From the NCBI GenBank assembly GCA_963821325.1, contig CAWGDC010000001.1:450178-514177 (forward strand): 64,000 nt of DNA, written 5' to 3'. This DNA comes from an uncultured Actinomycetes bacterium. Its GTDB lineage: Bacteria > Actinomycetota > Acidimicrobiia > IMCC26256 > PALSA-555. A program made the translations under genes and the position numbers. Shown piece after piece: positions 57,773 to 64,000 of the stretch. Each line of letters starts with the position of its first letter. Position 1 is the first letter of the stretch. The notes under the pieces are model-generated. The model saw nothing but the letters and a program-made list of their open reading frames with translations, searched no databases and was not told where the DNA came from.

Positions 57773-58258
57773 TCACCCAGCGCGCCTCGGCGGGTCCGCG
57801 TCGAACACCCACCGGGTCGGCGAGCCCTCGAAGTCGTCGGCGCGCAGCGCGAACACCCACGCGGGTGCGAGCCGGTAGCAGGCGTTCTCGAGGAAGAACG
57901 CCGCCGGATAGCTGACGTCGTACTTCGTGTTGGTCCAGTCGGCGAACTCGGTGACGGCCGCCGGGTCGGTGATGAGGGTCGTGGCGCCGTCGACGACGAC
58001 CGGCGACGCGGCGTCGTCGGTCGTGGCCACCGCGGACGGGCGGCGCGCGAGGTTGCGGGCCTTGCGGGACGTCGGGCTGCAGCTCCACCACAGCGCGTCG
58101 CGGGCCCACACCCCCCACACCGGCGTGACGTGCGGCCGTCCGTCGGGCCAGACGGTCGCCAGCCAGTAGTCGTGTGACCCGACGAGGCGCGCCTCGGCCC
58201 ATGACCAGGGCAGCAGCCCGCTGCCCCCGTCCGCGTCGAGGATCCCGTAGCCGGGCAT
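57773..58258 (-). CDS. pyridoxamine 5'-phosphate oxidase-like (PNPOx/FMN-binding split-barrel) family protein
   Basis: ORF 57773..58390 was trimmed to ATG 58256-58258: ...SHDYWLATVWPDGRPHVTPVWGVWARDALWW... Confidence 0.7.
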   Translation of the reverse strand: MPGYGILDADGGSGLLPWSWAEARLVGSHDYWLATVWPDGRPHVTPVWGVWARDALWWSCSPTSRKARNLARRPSAVATTDDAASPVVVDGATTLITDPAAVTEFADWTNTKYDVSYPAAFFLENACYRLAPAWVFALRADDFEGSPTRWVFDADPPRRAG

Positions 58259-58367
58259 GACCGGCCGGCTGGCGCGCGGCTCCCCGGCGGACGGCACGCC
58301 CCGATCATGCCGCGCGGCACGAATCCCCGGCTGTTGCGGCGGCGGGCGCCGGTACCCTCGACGGATC

Positions 58368-59144
58368 GTGACCGGCCGCTTCGACGTCATCTGCGAGATC
58401 GAGCCGCCGACCCGGCCCGACCTGCGCCACGTCCGCCATCAGATCGGGGTGCTGACCCCGATCGCGTCGGCGTTCCTCATCCCCGACAACCATCTCGGGC
58501 GGGCGACGGTGTCGAGCGTCGCGGTCGCCCACGAGGTCGAGGCGATGGGTGGCCGGTCGATCGCCTGCCTGAACTGCCGGGACCGCAACGAGCTCGGGCT
58601 GCGGCGGGACCTGCTGACCGCCGCGGCGTACGGCGTCGACCAGTTCCTCTGCGTGTACGGCGACAAGCCGACGGTCGGGGGCCGGACGAGCGAGCTCACG
58701 GTCCGCACGATGCTCGACGAGATCCGGGCCTTCGGGTGCGGCATCGCCTCGGACGGGACCGCCCCGCGGGTGGGGGTCGTCGCCGCGTCAGCGACGTTCC
58801 CGGCCTGGAAGCGCGCCGCCGACTTCGTGTTCGCCCAGGTCTCGTTCTCGGTGGACGAGCTGGTGCGCTGGCGGGAGCGGGTCCGCCTGGACGTGCCGGT
58901 GTACGCGGGTGTGCTGGTGCTGGCCAGCGTCCGCCACGCCCGCCGCCTCGCCGCCGACATCCCCGACATCACGATCCCCGACGACCTCGTCCGGCGCGTC
59001 GAGGCCGACCCGGCCGCCGGGGTCGACGCGGCGTGCGAAGAGGTGCTGGCCCTGCGGGACAGCGGCGCGTTCGCCGGCGTGCACCTGATCCCGGTGGCCC
59101 GCTACCGGGAGGTCGCGGCCCGCCTCGAGGCGCTCCTCGCCTGA
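58368..59144 (+). CDS. methylenetetrahydrofolate reductase-like protein (short actinobacterial MTHFR-type)
   Basis: ORF 58257..59144 was trimmed to GTG 58368: VTGRFDVICEIEPPTRPD...AFLIPDNHLGRATVSSVAVA...CRDRNELGLRRDLLTAAAYGVDQFLCVYGD... Confidence 0.6.
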   Translation: MTGRFDVICEIEPPTRPDLRHVRHQIGVLTPIASAFLIPDNHLGRATVSSVAVAHEVEAMGGRSIACLNCRDRNELGLRRDLLTAAAYGVDQFLCVYGDKPTVGGRTSELTVRTMLDEIRAFGCGIASDGTAPRVGVVAASATFPAWKRAADFVFAQVSFSVDELVRWRERVRLDVPVYAGVLVLASVRHARRLAADIPDITIPDDLVRRVEADPAAGVDAACEEVLALRDSGAFAGVHLIPVARYREVAARLEALLA

Positions 59145-59150
59145 GCGCGC

Positions 59151-61767
59151 TCAAGAGAGGGTGCGGGCGATCTCTTTCAGCTCGTAGGTCTCGATGACGT
59201 CGCCCTGCTTGAGGTCCTGGAAGTCCGAGAGCCCGATGCCGCACTCGTAGCCGGCCTGCACCTCGCGGGCGTCGTCCTTGAAGCGCTTCAGCGACGTGAT
59301 CGTCCCGTTCCAGATGACGACGCCGTCACGCAGGAACCGGACCCGGGACCCGCGGGTGATGCGACCGTTCTGGACGAAGCAGCCGGCGACCTTCCCGACC
59401 CGCGGGACGGAGAACACCTCGCGGACCTCGGCGTCGCCGGTGACGATCTCCTCGAACTCGGGCTGGAGCAGCCCGACGAGCGCGGCGGTGACGTCCTCGA
59501 GCACCTGGTAGATGACCTCGTAGAGGCGCAGCTCGACATGCTCGTGCTCGGCGAGCTCGCGGGCCTTGCGGTCCGGTCGGACGTTGAAGCCGACGACGGT
59601 GGCGTTCGACACCGCGGCGAGGTTGACGTCGGACTCGTTGATGCCGCCGACGCCGCGGTGCACGAACGAGAGGCGCACCTCCTCGTGGTCCTGGTCGAGC
59701 TTGCGCAGCGCCTCGGTGACGGCCTCGAGCGAGCCGTGCACGTCGGACTTCAGGACGACGTTGAGCGTCGCGACCTCGCCGCGCTGCACCATCGCGAAGA
59801 TGTCCTCGAGGCGGGCCCCGCCGGCGAGCGTCATGGGGTGGGCCATGCTCGCGACGTGGCGGCGTCGGGCGCGGGCCTCGGCCACGGTGCGGGCCGTCTT
59901 CTCGTCGGGCGCGACGCGCAGCTCGTCCCCGGCCAGGGGCAGGTCGTCGAGGCCGAGGACCTCGACGGGGGTGGACGGCCCGACCTCCTTCACGGACGCG
60001 CCGTGGTCGTCGAAGAGGGCGCGAACCTTGCCCCATCCGTTGCCGGCCACGACGGGCTCGCCGACCCGGAGCGTCCCTCGCTCGATGAGCGCGGTGACGA
60101 CCGGCCCGCGGCCCTGGTCGAGGTTCGCCTCGAGAACGAACGCCCGAGCCGGGGCCTTCGGGTTCGCGGCGAGCTCCTCGACGTCGGCGACGAGCACGAT
60201 GGCCTCGAGCAGGTCGCTCACGCCCCGGTTCTCGGTGGCGGCCACCTCCACGACGATGGTGTCGCCGCCCCACTCCTCGGGGACGAGGCCTTGCTCGACG
60301 AGCTGCTGGCGGACCCGCTGCGGGTCGGCCTCCTCACGGTCGACCTTCGTGATCGCCGCGATGATCGGCACCTCGGCCGCCCGGGCGTGGTTGATCGCCT
60401 CGACGGTCTGGGGCATGACGCCGTCGTCCGCCGCCACGACGAGCACCGCGATGTCGGTGGCCTGCGCCCCGCGGGCGCGCATCGCGGTGAACGCCTCATG
60501 GCCCGGCGTGTCGATGAACGTGATCGGTCGGCCGTTGTACTCGGCCTGATACGCGCCGATGTGCTGGGTGATGCCGCCCGCCTCCCCCGCCGCGACGCGC
60601 GTCGAGCGGATCGCGTCGAGCAAGGTGGTCTTGCCGTGGTCGACGTGGCCCATCACGGTCACGATCGGTGGGCGCGGCTCGAGCAGCGCGGCGTCGTCCT
60701 CGTCGTCGTCGCCGAGGAGGGCTTGGAGCTCGAGCTCCTGCTCCTGGCCCGGCTCGACGATCAGCACCTCGGCGCCGAGCGTCTCGGCGATCAGCTCGAT
60801 CATCTCGTCGCCGAGGGTCTGGGTGGCCGTGACCATCTCGCCGGCGTCGAGGAGGAGCCGCACGAGGTCCGCGGTGTTGCGGTTCAGCTTCGGCGCGTAC
60901 TCCTGCATCGTCACGCCGCGCGGCACGACGATCTCCCCGTCCGGCACCGGCGCGTCGAGCGGGGTGAGCGCCGTGGGGGACGCCGGGCCGAGATCCTCGA
61001 AGTCGCGGCGGCGCCGCTTCTTGCGTCGCGGCCGCTGACCCTGCGGGCCGGAGCGCCGGCCGGGCGGACCGCCACCGCGGCCACCCGGTCCGCCGGGGCC
61101 GCCGCCGGGTCCGCCGCCCGGACGGCCGGGGAACGACGGGCCGGCACCGAATTCGGGGACGGCCGCCGGGTGCGCCCGCGCCGGGCCCGCCCCCGCCGCG
61201 GGGTGGCCCGCCGGTGCTCGGGGTGAACATGCGGGGACCGGACGGGGGTGGCTGGCGTCGCGCCCCGGGCGGGGGCGGGATCGGCTTGCCGGTGGCTGAG
61301 CGCAGCGTCTCGGGCGGCGGCGCGGGCGGCGCCGCGGCCGCGGGGCGAGGCATCGTCGGCTCGCGGACGGTGGGCGGGGCCGGTTCGGGCAGCCCGCCCG
61401 TCGAGCGCACCACTCGAGGGGCGAGCGGCGGCGGCTCGGGCAGCCCCCCGGTCGAGCGCACGACGCGGTGCGGCGCGTCGGGCCGGGGGGTCTCGGTCGA
61501 CGGCGCCGGCGTCGCCGGGGCGGCGGCGACCGGTGCCGGCTCGGGGACGGGCGCCGGGGTGGGTTCTGGCTCTGGCGGGGGTGCCTCGACGTGCCGAAGC
61601 CCCTTCGTGTCCGCCAGGCGACGGACGCGATCGGCCATCGCGTCCTCGATGCTCGAGGAGTGGCTCTTCACACCGATCTTGAGCTCGTCGGCGAGGTCGA
61701 GGACCACTTGGTTCTCGACCCCGATCTCCCGAGCGAGCTCATAGATCCGGATCTTCTTGGTGGGCAA
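59151..61767 (-). CDS. infB: translation initiation factor IF-2; one frame disruption as sequenced
   Basis: The N-terminus is ORF 60496..61767 (TTG start; [29 protein letters not shown]...). The G-domain and C-terminus are ORF 59151..60947 ([24 protein letters not shown]). The Gly/Arg-rich linker ...[19 protein letters not shown]...[12 protein letters not shown] is readable after removing one base near ~61156 (a G4 run). Confidence 0.93.
61384..61485. repeat. imperfect 51-nt tandem duplication in the infB N-terminal coding region (coordinates approximate)
   Basis: (T/C)TCGGGCAGCCC.CC.GTCGAGCGCAC.AC recurs 51 nt apart. It encodes [12 protein letters not shown] twice, at a 17-residue spacing. 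Confidence 0.6.
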
Positions 61768-62218
61768 GGCGTCCTTCCGCGGCGGCCACCGGCCGCCGGT
61801 TCAGCGGTCTAGCTGTGCAACGTTCGGTATTGGCTCATTTGGCCTGTCACACCCTGGTTCTCGTTTCCACCGTGCGAAGCCGTCGGTCCCTCGGTAGGAG
61901 GGAGCGTGAAGCTGGCTTCGGGCTGCCGACGCAAAGCCGAAGGTCCGCAGCGGGCCGAAACTGACCCACTACCCAAGTTTCGCACGGAACGCGGCGACGT
62001 CGGGCTCCGAAACCGGGCGGCGCAACGCCCGGTCGAGGGCACGGCGTCGCAGCGCGGCATCGAGGCAGTCGAGCGCCGCGGGCGGGCGGCACAGCCACGC
62101 GCCGCGACCCGGTCCGCGGCCGAGCTGCGGCCGTCCGTCGGCGTCGAGGAAGACCCGGACCAACTCCGCCGGATCGACGACGCGCCGGCAGCCGACGCAG
62201 GTGCGCCGCGGTCGCCGG

Positions 62219-63537
<1,319 letters not shown>

Positions 63538-63541
<4 letters not shown>

Positions 63542-64000
63542 CGGTGGGCCGCCTCTCGGGTCGGGCGCCCCGGACGGCTCGTGGCCGAGCCCCACTCGAA
63601 CACGGTGCGGGCCTGCGCGACGTCGCCGTAGCCGAGGCGCTCGCGGCCGGTGTCGAAGTCGACCTCGATGGCGGTGTCGTCGGCGGCGACGAGCACGCCG
63701 CGGCGGCGCAGCCCGGCGCCGGCCACCGTGGTCTTGACGGAGATGGTGGTGCCGAGCGCGTGCTGGAAGTGGGCGGGGGTGCGCAGGCGGCGTTCGAGGC
63801 CGGGGCTGGTGACCTCGAGGGTGTAGGCGCCGGGGCAGGCGGCCTGCACGGCCGGGTCGTGGTCCAGGACCGGGGAGAGCGCCTCGCTGGCCGCGGCGAT
63901 GGCGTCGAGGTCGACGCCCCCGTCCCGGTCGACGACGACCCGCACGGTGCGGGAGCGGGCCGGGCCGGTGGCGTCGACGTCGTACAGTCGCAGTCCGAGC
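63538..64000 (-). CDS. rimP: ribosome maturation factor RimP (5' end beyond the window)
   Basis: ORF 63538..63945 plus in-frame upstream codons reaching the window edge (LGLRLYDVDATGPARSRTVRVVVDRDGGVDLDAI...YTLEVTSPGLERRL...). The stop overlaps the nusA ATG (ATGA). Confidence 0.85.

Overview
Very high-G+C (roughly 70% or more by eye), gene-dense, mostly minus-strand chromosomal core segment of an actinobacterium-like genome. I saw no rRNA, tRNA, CRISPR array, transposase or integrase. Recognisable blocks, from high to low coordinate on the minus strand: rimP-nusA-ylxR-infB; three unrelated inserted genes; DUF503-rbfA-nrnA-truB-ribF; rpsO; pnp; M16 peptidase; dapB; TetR plus three small unknown proteins; TetR plus a diiron oxygenase-like gene; RNase J; an SDR; ftsK; a four-gene conservon (cvnA-D); rimO-pgsA-cinA-thpR; recA; miaB-miaA-dapF-hflX; dapC-dapD; lexA (plus strand) facing a LysM gene; nrdR-nrdJ. 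Below that lie a fluoride riboswitch-crcB-DUF190-crcB operon and assorted redox and hydrolase genes. Most notable: (i) A thioredoxin-fold ResA-like gene has an in-frame TGA exactly at the redox-motif position (W-A-S-W-U-G-C), followed by a hairpin. This is a candidate selenoprotein that the ORF track splits in two. (ii) There are two LAGLIDADG inteins, one in nrdJ (398 codons as sequenced) and one in recA (363 codons). (iii) SOS and NrdR operator sites are present, including four LexA boxes between lexA and the LysM gene. (iv) About 23 single-base frame disruptions, nearly all +1 insertions, hit conserved and essential genes. I read these as consensus errors rather than biology. Most long Arg/Ala/Pro-rich ORFs in the track are out-of-frame or antisense shadows of real genes. 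No searches could be run, so all family assignments come from motif recognition by eye.
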